Under the pieces are notes generated by a model. The model had not been told where the DNA came from, searched no databases, and was given only the letters and a program-made list of their open reading frames with translations. The translations under genes were made by a program, and so were the position numbers. From contig OZ059895.1 in the NCBI GenBank assembly GCA_964057225.1, positions 8,990,001 to 9,054,000 on the forward strand: a DNA stretch of 64,000 nt. The letters are read 5' to 3'. The stretch comes from Auanema rhodensis. Lineage: Eukaryota; Animalia; Nematoda. Below, one piece after another: positions 1-16,351 of this stretch (the first letter of the stretch is position 1; each line of letters starts with the position of its first letter).

Positions 1-3000
1 TTGAAACTATTGAAATCATAGTTAAACAACATGAAACATTATTTCAGATCAATGTTATAGCTGACAATGGTAACCTTAAAGTACTTGTGCTTGGGGAACA
101 TGGTCAAAAGATTGCGGAAACATTAAATACTTTGCAATTAAGTATATTTATATATTTCTTATGAAATTTTGACATTGAATATTCCAGAGGAGTTTGAAGA
201 ACAAAATTTGGCTCTGACGGTTGATCTGGAGACTAAAACTCTTCAATTCCGGTTACATCGTAATGTTGAAGTTGAGACTGAGTTATTAGAAGATATTTTC
301 TGGGCTGATAGTACGATTCATGTCATACTAGGAGGATCAAGTACAGAAATCTTAGTTTGACAAAGGATTAATAGAATAATGTTATAGATAGTTCGATATT
401 AGGATGCGTATCTCTAATAACTGTTCAAATAGGTGATGGAGATGCTTACTCTCATGTCACTCGTCTTGATTCACAAGGTATTGATCTTTGCGAAGGAGAT
501 CAAGTTTGTTCTAAAAGGAATTGCGGCAAGGTTTGTGAATTAAGAAAATTGCGCAGACAAACTTATCTCTTTCAGGGCAATTGTCTTCAAAAAGAAGTTG
601 CAGTGTGTGATTGCTATGGTACTGGCTACTCTGGTCCAAGTTGTGAAACAGGTGAATTTCAAAATCAACTGACTTTTCCGATTTTCTTATTAATTCAGAA
701 GCACCAACAATTGAACTAAATAATTCTGGTGAAGATGCAGAAACATATATTTTATATAAACCATATACTAAAATACAAACAAATAGAATTGCATTACAAT
801 TCAAGGTATTTTCAAACTTTTTCTTTTCTTCTTTTTATGTTTTTCTTTTATAGTTTAAAGGATCAAACGAAGGTTTATTAGTTTATGGCTGGTTATCCAA
901 TGAAGAAGATTTGAGAATGTATGTTGTTGGCAATTTAGGAACTGTACAGATATCACCAAATATAACTTTAAAGTTTACATTGCAGCCTGAGCGCATGTTC
1001 GTTTTAAAAATTTGAATATTTAAAAACAAATTGTATTTTCAGATTTCACAAAGTTGAATTATTATTCAAAAGTGATACTTTACAACTAACAGTAGATGAT
1101 TCAGTACAAGAGGTTAATATTAATATAAATTTATAATTAAAAAACAAATATAATAATTCAGACTAAACTTGATTATCCATTAATTTTTAATAATTTAACA
1201 TTTGGCGCTGGACCATCTATGAATGGAGTATCAGATGTTGGATTAACTGGATGTTTAAAAGAAGTCTATGTTGATCATTATGATATACTTCGTTTAACAT
1301 ATGATCAAGATGAAAGAGTATATTTTTTCTGTTTATGTTTGTTTTAAAATAAAAATTTTCAGATCAAAACAACAAAAACTCCAAGAGAATGTTCACTTGA
1401 TAGTTATAATGGTGATTCTCTCTTAATAGAAGGTATATCATTGATGACACCTGAAGATGTAGGAGTTGCTAAATCACTTCAATATTCAGAAGAAGATGAA
1501 GATGATGAAGAAGAAGCAGAAGTAAGTATTATGATTTCACTATTTCAATATCATATCATTTTATTTTCAGACTGAAACAACGGGTATATATTCATTTGAA
1601 TTAATTTTAAAATCATTTTGATTTGATTTTTAGGAAAAGAAGTAATGATTTTACAATGTGAAAATATACATAAAAGTTTATGCCAAAATAAAGCTGATTG
1701 TCAAGTTGTTGATGGAAATGTCACATGTTTATGCCAATCGGGTTATACTGGATCATTTTGTCAATTTGGTTTGTATTTAATTAGTTTTTTCTTATTTTTT
1801 ATTTTATAAATTATAGTTCTTTTACCAAAAAGTTGTGCTGAAGCTAAACATTTCTTCCATTTACGTGACGGACCTACAAAATTGGATGTTGATGGTTCTT
1901 CGAAATTAAGATACTCAGTTGCAGTTTGTAATAATGGAATGTAATTTTCTAATTTTAATTTTATTTATTATATAATCAATTAATTATAGAACAACAATAC
2001 CTAATAATATGCCAACAGAAGCATTAATTCGTACAACTGATAGGGAACATTTGATATTCAGAATAAGCTATTTGGATTTCTTAGATGTTTCTAAATTATC
2101 AGCATTAATATCAAACTCAAAAGAATGTCTTCAAACTGTAAATTATACTTGTAATCGTGCTCCATTAAGGTTTTTATATATTTCTATCTTAATTATAATA
2201 TTTTCTTATTAGGTTTCATGATTCAACAACTTTCTTCCGTGTTGCAACTGGTAATAAAACAGTTTCCCAGATTGGTAGAGATAATGGTACTTGTCAATGC
2301 CATGATTTTCATAATTGTATTCATGATGGTATATCTTTTAATTTTACAATGTTATAAACTTTTCATTGTAGGTTATTGTCATTGTGATGCTGGAGGAAAT
2401 GCTCAAGATAGTGGAGTTCTTCGTGGAAGTCAAGCAGGAATAACAGAGGTACGTATTAACTATACAATCTAATACTAAAATAAAATAATAATTTTATTTA
2501 GATTTATTCATTATATACTAGTGGATCAGTTGCTGGAAGAATGAGTGTAGGACCTTTAGAATGCTCTGGCTTTGCTGGTAAGTATAAAGGAAATTCAGAA
2601 ATATATTTTTATTTTAGGTGAATATGATAGTATTCAATTCAGTCAAAAGAAAGAATTCAGAATTGATTATGAAAATAAAATCAATTCCTTCTCCATTCAT
2701 TTCAAAACTTCTGTAAATCAAGGTGTTTTACTCAACTTAGGAGACATTGTTGTTGAACTTGCAGATGGTTTGTTGTCAAATGTTGTGTTTGAAGATATAA
2801 TATTGGCTTAATTATAGCATATAGTATACGTGTAACACAAAAGGAAAATGAGATCGTATTAGGCTCACAAACAAAGTTTGTATTTCTTTTAATTCTTTTA
2901 AAGATTAATTAAATTTAGATTAAATAATTCACATTGGCATTTACTTCGTATTGAGTGGAATGAAGGAGAATTTTTATTTTCTGTTGATTCACATAATATT

Positions 3001-6000
3001 GTTTCAAAAACAATTTTGAAATCATCATCAAAAGAATATTTAATAATAAATAATATTGATAGGTATTAATTATATTATTATATAAATATATAAATTATAT
3101 ATTATAGAGGATTTTATGGATGTATTCGATCATTAACAATTAATAATGAAGTTCAAGCAATGAGAGAAATGGCCAGAAATCAGAATTTAGGTGAATATTC
3201 AAAATAATATAATATATAATCAAAATAATTTATTTATATATATAATCTTTTTCATTCTTCTTTCTTTTTTTTTTTAGATTTCAAGACTTGTAGTGAGCAT
3301 TGCAGCCATATAAGCTGTCAAAATGATGCAGAATGTATAGAGGTTTTACAGTAATTTTCCTAAAATATCATTGTAATTATCTTAATAGGATTATCAAAGT
3401 GATGAAGCTACATGTCGTTGTTTACATCCAGATATTCAAAGTGGTACTACATGTGAAATAGGTTTCTTATATAAAAATTTAAAAAATGTAATAAAGAAAA
3501 TACAAATAGATATAAATCATCATTCATCAGTCAGTTTACACGGTGGCTTCTTAACATATGAAAACATGAGTAATCCATTAATAGAGAATACGGTTTGAAT
3601 TATTATAATTATGTATTATATATATCCTTTGTTTATAGGTATTCTCTTTCCGTACAGATCAATCAAATGCTCTTCTTTTCTATGCTCATGATCATTTACG
3701 TAATTTCATTCAGGTTTTTAATAATTTTAAAGAAAAAAGAAATATTCAATAATATTTTAGATACATTTACGAGAAGAAGTTAATCTTACACTTACATTAA
3801 ATCGTGATCGAGTTATCTATTCATGTACACTCTCTGCTCCAAATGGCGATGAATTCAGCCATATGCAATGGATACAGGTCATAATAGATTCTTAATTTCT
3901 TTTTTTAAAACTTTTAATTTAGCTAGCTATTAAGCATGTTGATAAAGAATATACTCAATTACGTGTTAATGATGAAGCTTGTATCATACGTGTACCAATT
4001 CAATTATCTAAAGTTCTTATTACACAGTATACGAATTGGAACACAAATGGTTGGTTAATAATAAATTGTATTTTTACTTTATTTTATGATTCTAGATGGT
4101 GTTGAGTTACCAATTGGATTGAATCCATTACTAGTAGCTGATTCAACTCTGAAAATCTTCGTTGGAGGAGTTACGAATATTGAATCCGGCGATGGTAATA
4201 TCAAGATAGCGGCTAATCATACAATTATGTTTTGCAGATGTCGTACACAAGCTACTTCCAAACTATCGGTCAAAACTACCAAATCTTCAAGGATGCATGA
4301 GAGGGCTCAAAATTGGAAATCAAGTATTTGATATGCGCAATACTTCAATTGGAATACACCCAGATGATGAAAGTATGAATTTCTCAAAAAACATAATACT
4401 ATGGATAAAGTTTAGGACTGGTACGGATGGGATGTGATGTTGGATGTGATACATTAACATGTTATAATGGTGGGCATTGCTCAATAGGATGGAGAAACTA
4501 TGATCCTTCCGCATCTAAAACGAGGTGCGATTGTACACGAACTAGTTATGTTGGAGAGAGTTGTACTGATGGTTGGTGTCTTCTAATTGCAATTTCTTTA
4601 AATAATATTTATAGATAACGGCTTATTACTTTCGAATCAATATTTGGATTTTAACATAACATCTTTATTGCATCGGTTTGTCGATCCTCCACTCCGTGGG
4701 CAGAGTTTGAAATTTGCTTTTTCACCAACTGCAATGCGAACTCATTCTAGACAAGTGATAGCAGTGCTCCAGGTAGAAGATAGGTGAGAGCTCTATTCGT
4801 AATACTTTTAGTAATTAATATTTTCAGTTGGTTTGAAGTTCTATTAAATAGAAACAGCTCCCTGAATGTTGCTATACACAGCCCCGATGCGAGAGTACAG
4901 GTGATAAAATAATATTTTCAATTTTCTTTTAAACTAATTACTCAGGTTCTAACTTTCAATGGAAACTTCTCTGATGGTTATAGACACTTTCTTGTAGCTC
5001 GATTTGGTCCAAATACCGTAACTTCTGTGATGGTAAAACATTTATTTGCGTAATATGAATTATCAGAAACTTAGGTGGATAGTTCCCGTCAAACATTTTC
5101 GCACATTAAAAATTCTTTCCTGGATCTTCGAGGGTCAAAGCGCCTCGTGTTAGGAGGCAAGACAAATATGGTCGCAGATTATACAGCAAATGGATTGAAG
5201 AAATCGTATGATGGATGCATTTCAAGTATAAGCATAATCTAAGTCAATTTTTACATATACCTTTCCAGACGTGGAACTGAACGTTGGTGAAGGGACAAAA
5301 TCCTTAGAATTTAACCTTCTCGACCGTATTGATGATAGTGATGTAACAAAAACATCGCCAGGAGAATTTATAAGAGGTCGTTGTTCGGCATTCAGAATTC
5401 CAAACCAACCCCCGGTTTTACAAAATCCACTGAATCTTCCAATGTTTCATGCAATTTTCTCAAAAGAGGTTATGAACGGACCAGACCTTCCATCACTGAC
5501 TGAGCCAGAGAATTTCGGTATTTAAGCTACGCTGAAACCCGAAACAAAAAATAATTACAGGGTTCGTGCGAAAGTTCCTCCTTATAGTTGCCGGAATAAT
5601 CTTATTCCTCATCTTCATAACCATCTGTGTTTATTGCCTTAGACGATCAAGACGTAAACCACTCTACATTTCTAGAGATGAAGCTTTACCACTGCATTCG
5701 ACAAATGTCTTTATCAAAACAGGTTACCACTAACATTTTAATTCTATTCTATTTTATATTTCAGATCATCCAGCAGAGTCCAGATATCACATTCCTCCAC
5801 CTGATTTAGAATTGGATCAAACGTTACTAAGCTCCCCTGAGCCGAAGGAGAATGCGACATCCAGCCCTCGGGTTCGTGAAGTTCTTTCTTCGCGTGCGTC
5901 TAATGTCTGTCCTGCGTCTTCATCCTCACTTGGCTCATTAGATTCCCTAGAACTTATGACGCATTATTGAGATGTTTACCTGCACAAGAATGAGCTATTC

Positions 6001-6518
6001 CCTTAAACCATATAGTCCTGATCTCACGAACTTGATCAAACATACCGTATTCTCATCGCTCTTCTGGTTGTTACAGTATTGCTCATAATAAACATTCATA
6101 ATTAGTTTGTTTGAAGGTAGAAATAACGAAGTACCCTTGATTCCGAACACCAACCTACGTTTAACAAGCTTTGCATGTTTCAACCACACCCCATAATACT
6201 TGATTATAGAGCCAGCGATCCAATACTACATCATCCCGCTACTACACAGCAAACGAAGAAGTGTCCTCCGATGATGAAGACAAGACTATCGTTGCGGACG
6301 ATGACAATTATTTTCATCACAAACCGTATGTATTTTTAAACAAAACTAACTAATCTAAAATTTTCAGGGAACGTCCTTCAGCTTTCGATAGAACAGCTCC
6401 TCAAAGACTATCTTCATTCAGGAACGATCCTACAGCCCCTATAGGATCTCCACTAAGAGCAATCGAGAACCCTAGAAAACTTATACCAGTAGCGTCTCCT
6501 CAAATACCAAAAAAATAA
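1..6518 (+). CDS. Neurexin/CASPR/axotactin-like single-pass receptor (LamG, EGF and fibrinogen-like domains), multi-exon, 5' end outside window
   Basis: Spliced exons give several EGF repeats (CQNKADC..CLCQSGYTGSFC; CYNGGHC..CDCTRTSYVGESC), a fibrinogen-like segment (KSCAEAKHFFHLRDGPTKLDVDGS), LamG ends (GLTGCLKEV, GFYGCIRSL, YDGCIS), a TM helix (FLLIVAGIILFLIFITICVYCL, ~5575-5640) and a Pro/Ser-rich tail ending TAA at 6516-6518. Cannot separate nlr-1 from itx-1 type. Confidence 0.85.
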
Positions 6519-6627
6519 TAAGCTTTACATTTTGTCAAAAAAAAATAGTCGTTAACAGCAATCCCTCAGTTTTTTCTGCGAAATCGCAATTTCAATAAAC
6601 TTTTTATATAAATATATTTTATGAAAA

Positions 6628-6889
6628 TTATTCATCGGGAAAAAGTGCCATTTTGCTGACATGCTTCTTTGCAATCATAGCCATCCCAATATGTCTTGCC
6701 TGTTCATCAGGCTCCCATCTCTCCTCCGCTCTGAAAGCATTCAGAGTAAAACGAAGTGTACTTTCCCAACCTATTAATTATGAAGTTGGCATCCTTATCT
6801 GTACAGCTAAGAACTCCAAAAATCAAACGCCCATCGGTAAGTTGTACCTCCACCCATTGCCCAAGATATTTGTTAACAGCCTCCGTCAT
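6628..6889 (-). CDS. NAA38: Sm-like NatC auxiliary subunit NAA38/LSMD1 (Mak31), 2 exons
   Basis: Spliced protein MTEAVNKYLGQWVEVQLTDGRLIFGVLSCTDKDANFIINR|AEERWEPDEQARHIGMAMIAKKHVSKMALFPDE*; the TDGR..G...CTD.D.N and R.IGMAMI...H motifs are typical of LSMD1. Confidence 0.8.
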
Positions 6890-7206
6890 CGCTTTAATTG
6901 CAATAGTACTTAAACAACATTTTTCAAAATATGAACAATGAAAAAGGTATCCAAAAAAAGCTGTCATTATACACATCTATACTAGCAAAAAACTGGTATA
7001 AATTGCGAAACAATACGCACTTGATAAGAATTTCTAACATCCAATAATGTTTACTGTGTTGGTCAGGACAATAACAATAAGTTAGTTACATTAAGTGAGA
7101 TCCAATAAGAATATGATCAGTATGTTTAGCGAACTATTTGTTCAATTACTAATTAGCAAAAATACAAGTACTTGACAAGAGCACTTAAATGTGCATTACT
7201 AGGTTT

Positions 7207-8601
7207 TTAGTTTACGAGATCTTTTAAGATGGCGATATCATCGACACTAAGACTAGAAACCTCTAAATTCTTAGGGTTTCCGTACTTCATCTTTATAGCA
7301 CGCATTCGTTGATAATCGTGTTGTTTTAGCACAGCTTGGGCAAGGCTTTGTATAGCTGGCTCCAGTTCAGAAATGGTAATATTAACCAATGCTCTGGAAT
7401 ATAATGACCGAGTAAATGAATGTAAAAAAAAAAGTATTACTTGATTTTTCTAGCGTTGATTTCTTGACCGGATAACCGACATGCTAACACAAGAGCTGCA
7501 ACAGCAACCCGAGAAGGTTGAACATGTGTTAGGTTATACTCCAATAAAGAGACCTTAATAGTACAATAGTAATAATAGAAAGAAAACATCCAAATAAACC
7601 TCCGCAAAGAATTTTGCTCTAACTTGCATCTTGGATGCAGCAATGCCTAACTCTGAACCTAGCCAGCGCAAAAATGTTAGTGGATTAGGTCTGGATAAGC
7701 GGCAACTGTAATACATGAAGATGCAAAAATATAAAGAAAGAAAAATCACCAGCAAGCTTCAAGAATTTTCATTTCCACACGAATTATTTGTTTCTTTGAG
7801 AAAGTATGATCAGTAATGTATTCAAAATCATTAATATCTGGGGCGTACATTTCCTCGTATTTAGAAGCAACAAGCCTTAAAAAAGAAAGTATACAAATAT
7901 GATGAATTAACTTACATGGCTCCAACGCCAACAAGTTGGAGCTCATCCTTCTCAACATCTACGTTTGAGAGTACACAATCAACAAGATAAATAGTAAGAT
8001 AGAGAGTTTCTGGTAGAAGATGGAAACGTTGGTGAACCTACAAATGTAAATAATCAATGTCACTTCATATACGCTTACTTGAACAAGCCAGTCCACCAAG
8101 ATAGCCCTCATTTTGGGAGTTACTGAAGTACAGGAACTCATAAAACCATGCTCTATTGGAAATTGATTTTCACAATGAAGTAAATATTTATAGACATCAT
8201 CGCTGAATTCAACGTACGAGAATTCTCTTTCAATACCCTTGACCTCGGGGTATCTTATCTCGTTTCTAACGATTTCTTTCTAAAATATGAAACTTCCTCC
8301 ATATGTTAAAATTCGACTCACCTTTTCCTTTTGAACAGGTTTTTCAACAGGCTGCTTAACAAGAGCAGTTCTAGCAGGCTAAATCAAAAATATAGAGAAT
8401 AAAATGAAAAAAAAAATTACTTGTGTTGCATTGTTTTTATTATCAACAAGAGGACGCCTCTGAACCAATCCCTTTTGTCCCAATAATGAAGATTTTCTGG
8501 TTTCAACATGCTGAACATCTCCAGCTAAAGATCTAACTCTCTGTAAAATATCATCAAGATACATTCAGTTTCAATAAACTAACCTTTCCAACAATATTCA
8601 T
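7207..8601 (-). CDS. Cyclin B (cyb-1/cyb-2 type)
   Basis: [12 protein letters not shown] cyclin box, [13 protein letters not shown]-terminal destruction box RRPLVDNKN, multi-exon GT-AG. Confidence 0.93.
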
Positions 8602-8949
8602 TTTTATCTGTTAGATATACGAAGAAAATGACGCCAATATATATACAAGATACAGCCCACTTAATCAATTATGAACCTTAAAATGAGAGGTCAGCGTCTT
8701 TCACGTCTCAGGAACTCCGAGAAACATTCAAATATAATAATGAAGGATCTAAAGTTTATCCATATATTCCGGTATATACAGAGATATATATATATATAAA
8801 ACAATCTTTGTTGAAGCCCTAAGGGGGTATAGTTAGTAAAGAACTATTGATGCTAAAACAATTAGATGTTGTTGTACATAAGAGCATCATCTCACCGACC
8901 TCATCACAGCGACGCAGATGGCGGGCTTGATATTCAGGGTCATTGAGTG

Positions 8950-8968
8950 ATTGGCGGGAAATTCAAAT
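8950..8968. promoter_or_regulatory. DREAM/DRM composite element (E2F-CDE GGCGGG plus CHR TTCAAA) upstream of cyclin B
   Basis: TTGGCGGGAAATTCAAAT ~350 bp upstream of the cyclin B ATG; second GGCGGG near 8920; overlapping CCAAT on the minus strand. Confidence 0.65.
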
Positions 8969-9320
8969 ATGTCACAAACTACATTACAAATAATATGCAA
9001 TTTATAATCACAAAAAGTTAAATAGATTTTAACATATATATTGTAGTGTATGAACCCCATTTGTAATATTTAAAGATTATAAAATCGAAAATTTTATTCA
9101 ATTTGAGATATTCAATAGCATATAATAAAAAGCTACGCTATCACAGTAATTAATCAATGGGCAATTTGCACAACCTTTAAAAGAGTGAAAACAATCACAT
9201 CATGAAGTTAATCTAATTACAATTAGTGTACAAATAAAAACTTTAGAACAATTAAGCACCTAAAACATTTATTAATAGACTATTTAAAAATTTACAACTC
9301 AATGTTATTCTAGAAAAACG

Positions 9321-12140
9321 TCAAATTTGTGGACGAGTATAGCTTAATTCATTATTTGGTCGTTCTGGTGCTCGACGAACAGGAGTAAAGATACGGGGTT
9401 CATCTTTCTCAGCGGTAAAACTTGTACTCTTAAACAGTATTTTAGATATTCATCTCAATAAATTTAAAAACCATTGATGTATCTCGAACATTTAGTGAAG
9501 CTATAGAATAAGTGTCATTGTTTTCATCGACATCCAAATCTCTCCTATTTGATATATCTCTTCCATTACTGCAAATACCATCAGAATAAGGAAAGGAAGA
9601 GGCTATCTAAAATTACATTTGTTAAATGATAAAAACTATATTTTCATACGGGTAAATGCACATTTTTGAATTGTGATTTCCAGATACAATTATAACGATT
9701 TGCTACGGTGTCCATGACTGAATCCAATGCGAAATCGGAATATATACTGCCACCTGACTGAAACAAAATATTCAACTTGTTAGCTTGTTAGCTTGTTTAA
9801 CGACATTACTTTTATATTTGAGGGTTTTACCCAACGTAAATAACACAATTCCCACAACTGAATATCGATAGCTGTTGTTGGAGGTTTCAATATCTCCTCA
9901 TGCATTGACAGCTGATGTGGCTTGGGCGACTTAGGAATTGCTGTATACATTTTGTCTGAAAGTATAACGAAATCAATTAAATAGAACCGATGATACTAAC
10001 TTTGTCTTTTTTTCCGTGAAACTTCAGCCATTACTTGCGTTGCATCATTCACAACATTAGAAAATAGACGTCGATATTCCTCTGAATAGAAACGTTTGAG
10101 GGGAAAAGGGCCACCAGTTTTTTTTGTTGCTAATTGTTCATCAACAGAAGAGCATGCAAAAGCTGGTACGAATCCAGTTAAACACAGATCCCAAAGAGCA
10201 ATCAAAAGATGATCCGAGAAATTAAAACTGAAAAGAATGTATGAGAACACATAAAATAGACAGATGAATACTGCATTGGATATAATCGACGTAGCTGAGC
10301 CACACAATCTAAGAACAGAAGGAAATATGGTGCAGTTTGAAGCTCCTCATCGTCAATATGTGAATTTCCAATACAAAGATTCCTTTGCCCAAAAGGATGC
10401 CCAAGAGCTATCCATTCTTTAGCTAGTAAAGATTCAAACCCTATAACATATGATACGAATGTGTATCAACAATAAAACTACCTGCAGCAGACCGAAATGT
10501 AGAGTCCATACATATTTGAACCAAACTGGTTATTATAGGAGTGAGATCATATCCACTACGCTCTATAACAAAGAAAAAATCTACTTGTATTCATATTTAA
10601 GTGAATACCAAAAATAATCACAGATTTTCCATAGTCTTTAAATGCTCTGACGCATTCTTCAGTTGCTTTCATACAGTAAATAATAAGCTGAGTCCATCCT
10701 GTATCATGCAATCTTAAGAGCCAAGTTTTTTCTCTTGTTTCAAACAACTTCTGCGAATCTGAGAATATGTAACTTATATGTTTAAAATATTGATGTTATA
10801 CCTATCGAGCACATTTTGTGAAGTCTTTGATAACTAGCGGAAACCTTTTCAGGAGTTATTGAAAGATCAATAAGAACCTCATGTATTGATTGTCCACCAG
10901 ATTTCAAAACTTGAGTATAGAACCTATTATTCTTTAAAAACTAATGATCTTGCATATAACTAACTGTTTATATATTTTTTGAGCATTTTCATTATCATCG
11001 AATGTTGAAGAACGCAATAACATTCTTCCGTTTCCAGCGCTCCAAGTCCAAATCTGAATTCCTTATTTATAAAATAATAAATTAATAGAAAAACATACAG
11101 GAAATCTGCCACCGTGCCATCTTTCGAACATTCTACCAATCTCATAAGCTGTACAGTCTTCAGGAACAACAACGTAAGACGGATAGCTAAAACTATGTTA
11201 AGATCCATTCTTGTTTAATAATGCACTACCTATGAATAACACAATTCATTAACTCTCGTCGAAGATTACAAACACGCCAGCCTTTGGATGTTCCACATCG
11301 AGTTAATTCTTGAAGCCAAGAATTTTCATCGTTGTACTCAACTACAATTTTTGTTTGCTTTTCGGGATTTTGATAATACTTACTTTTAGTGTTCCACTCG
11401 CATAAAGCTCCAGTTTGCATCACCAAATCTATTGAAGTTGGTCGAGAAAAATGCAGAAGATTGTTTGCCAAATTGGGTGCATGTTGCGATTTAGTCAAAT
11501 CAATTGTAATAACACGGAAATCCTAGAAGTCTGAATGAGACTACATACTATTGCGGAGAATATACCTTTAGATATATTTTTAGACAAGATACGATATCTA
11601 AACTAGATAGCGAATGACAAAGTAGATTATACTTTTTCTTTGTGGCTGACATATGAACATTTTCTGCAATACGACACATGTTCAGATAAAGTAGAAACAG
11701 TTCTATGCTTACGATGAGCTGTTGCATAAAAAATTCTCTGAATCGAGCATAATGGAATACACAACTTCTCATCAATTATTGTAGACCGGGGTAATATGCG
11801 AGTCTATAATTATCCAGAAAATAAAAATAAAAGAAAAAAAGAAAGAACCGAGGATGTATTGGGTGTGAAGAATAAACACATATTTGTACAACTTAATTTT
11901 CCTCTCATAACATCTTCAAATTGAAAGCATAATGACACATCGTTGCAAGTAATACTTCCAATTTCATCTGATAATTCTAATTGTAATGCAAACATGTTGG
12001 GAACAACCTACTAGGAAGTAAAGCTCTCTCAGGTACACTTGAGGCTGGTTCACTCTAAATAAAACAAGCCAATACACCAAAGTAATAATTGAACTTACAA
12101 AAGATGTTTCTTGAGTCCTGATAAAACTTCTAAAACTCAT
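9321..12140 (-). CDS. Myotubularin-related pseudophosphatase (MTMR10/11/12 type)
   Basis: GRAM-like N-terminus (GKLSCTNMCLFF), GWRVCN, KSVIIF|ERSGYDLT (Glu in place of the catalytic Cys), GFESLLAKEWIALGHPF, PYFLLFLDCVAQL. Confidence 0.88.
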
Positions 12141-12609
12141 GTTAGACTTTCATAACCTGGAACTTTGATTTTTCTTTTTTTTTTGTTGTCTTCTGTAGGC
12201 ATAATAACGATTGGATTCAACCAGTAAAAACTTCAAGTTACAGACCAAAATATTTATTATGTTGTGATAATATGCTGAAATGCCTTTAAGTATCACCAAA
12301 TGTACCACACAAACATAAGGCATTGTTGAACGAAGTAAATTAAATATTGAGCACTTAGAAAGATAAAATGAGATGTTATTAAAACTCATATGCTAAGCAC
12401 ACAGGGGTAAAAGTGTATGAGACAATCTACGATCTTCGGTCCTAAGGTAAGATGTAATAACATTTCAAATAGTTAAAGTAAGATTATGTACAATGAATAA
12501 AAATATCTCGATTAAAAGAAACAGACAATTCAGAAAATTTCCAGAACTTGTAAGATATTCACTGAAATTAGGATATGCAAATTGAATGACAACAATGATA
12601 ATAAATATA

Positions 12610-14872
<2,263 letters not shown>

Positions 14873-16351
14873 CTCAGTTTATTCTAACATTGGCTAGATA
14901 AAAATAATTATACTAAATGCATTATGGTGTTAAATATATTTTGATAATACACGAGCGAAATTAAGAACTAAAAAGGCTTAATATAAAAATTATAAAAACT
15001 TTAAACTTTTTTAATTATAAGAATAAATAAATAGTTAATAAAAGTAAGATATGTAGTTTGGTAAACAAATATATTGGGTTGAATATTTATAAACAATAGG
15101 TGAAAAACTTGACAAACGGCGAAGGTATACGCACCGCTTCGTGTCGCAACGCGGTTTTATACACCCAGAGTCACCCCATGAGAAATACGCCTTCGGAGCT
15201 TTAACTTGAACGTCTGATGCTGAGGAATAATTTTTTTGCTTACAAAGCTATTCATCAGGAAGTACCTGAGTTTGTACGTACGTCTGTGTTTAGCAACAAT
15301 TTGAGAATGAAAGCGAAATTTTAGTTAACGATAATAATATTTCTTCCTTGATAATTCAAGTGATAAGCGAAAGATATATAAATAATAAATAAAGTGTTGG
15401 AAATAAAATATAAATGCAAGGAAAGTACTATGCCTCCGGATATGAAAATAATTGTCAAATATACCAGTTTCGTGTATTTGTCAGTTAACGACTTATCTTG
15501 TCTAAATATCTCAATATTCTACATGTCCTATATATGTCGTAATGAATACTACACTATCCAAAATTGACATCTTAGACATATTATGTTACATATAGAAATT
15601 ATTACATTAAGATGAAATCGTTTTTTCTCTGTTATTCGTTATATCTCTGGAAGTTAGTGAAGCGTCTATAGCAAAGCAAATAATTTCTTTGCTGTTCGGC
15701 CTTTGAGTCAATATCATGTTAGCTTGTAGCTTTGAATACCGTTTGCTGCTTCTCTTTTCCAACCATTGTTGAACAATTTTGGAAACGTTCTTCGTGCGGG
15801 AGATCAATCAATTTTACCCAAACAGGTTTTGTTTTGCACAGTTCATCCCTATCGATTATTTGCCTACTAAAACTTGTACAAAACAAGCCAAAGTTATAAT
15901 AACGCTAATAAGGATGCATAAACAATTGTTTTCGAATAGTAGCCAAGAAAAATGGAAATCGTTCCAAGTTTTTTCTTTTTTAAACATATTGTTATCAATT
16001 TTTTGGCTACATGCTATGTTGTTTCAAATCTTGAAAAACTAAGAACATCTTTAGACATAAGTTGCGTATTTGTAAAAAAGGAACAAAGATATATACAGGT
16101 TCATTAATCACAAAACAAAAGACGAAAAAGACTAAAAAATGTTCATTTCTTCCCATAATAGACTATGGCTTAAAGAAGGGTAAGTTACAACTGTACAATA
16201 TTATATTAAACAATGTAACATATTATGCATTATATAAAAAGATCACAGTAAGTAAATTGTATACTCTAATGGCTTAAGCCAGGCATACGTGTAACCTGTA
16301 TTGATATATGGAACATGAGCTCCTTCTGGTGAGTGAAATTTGTGTTTTTTT

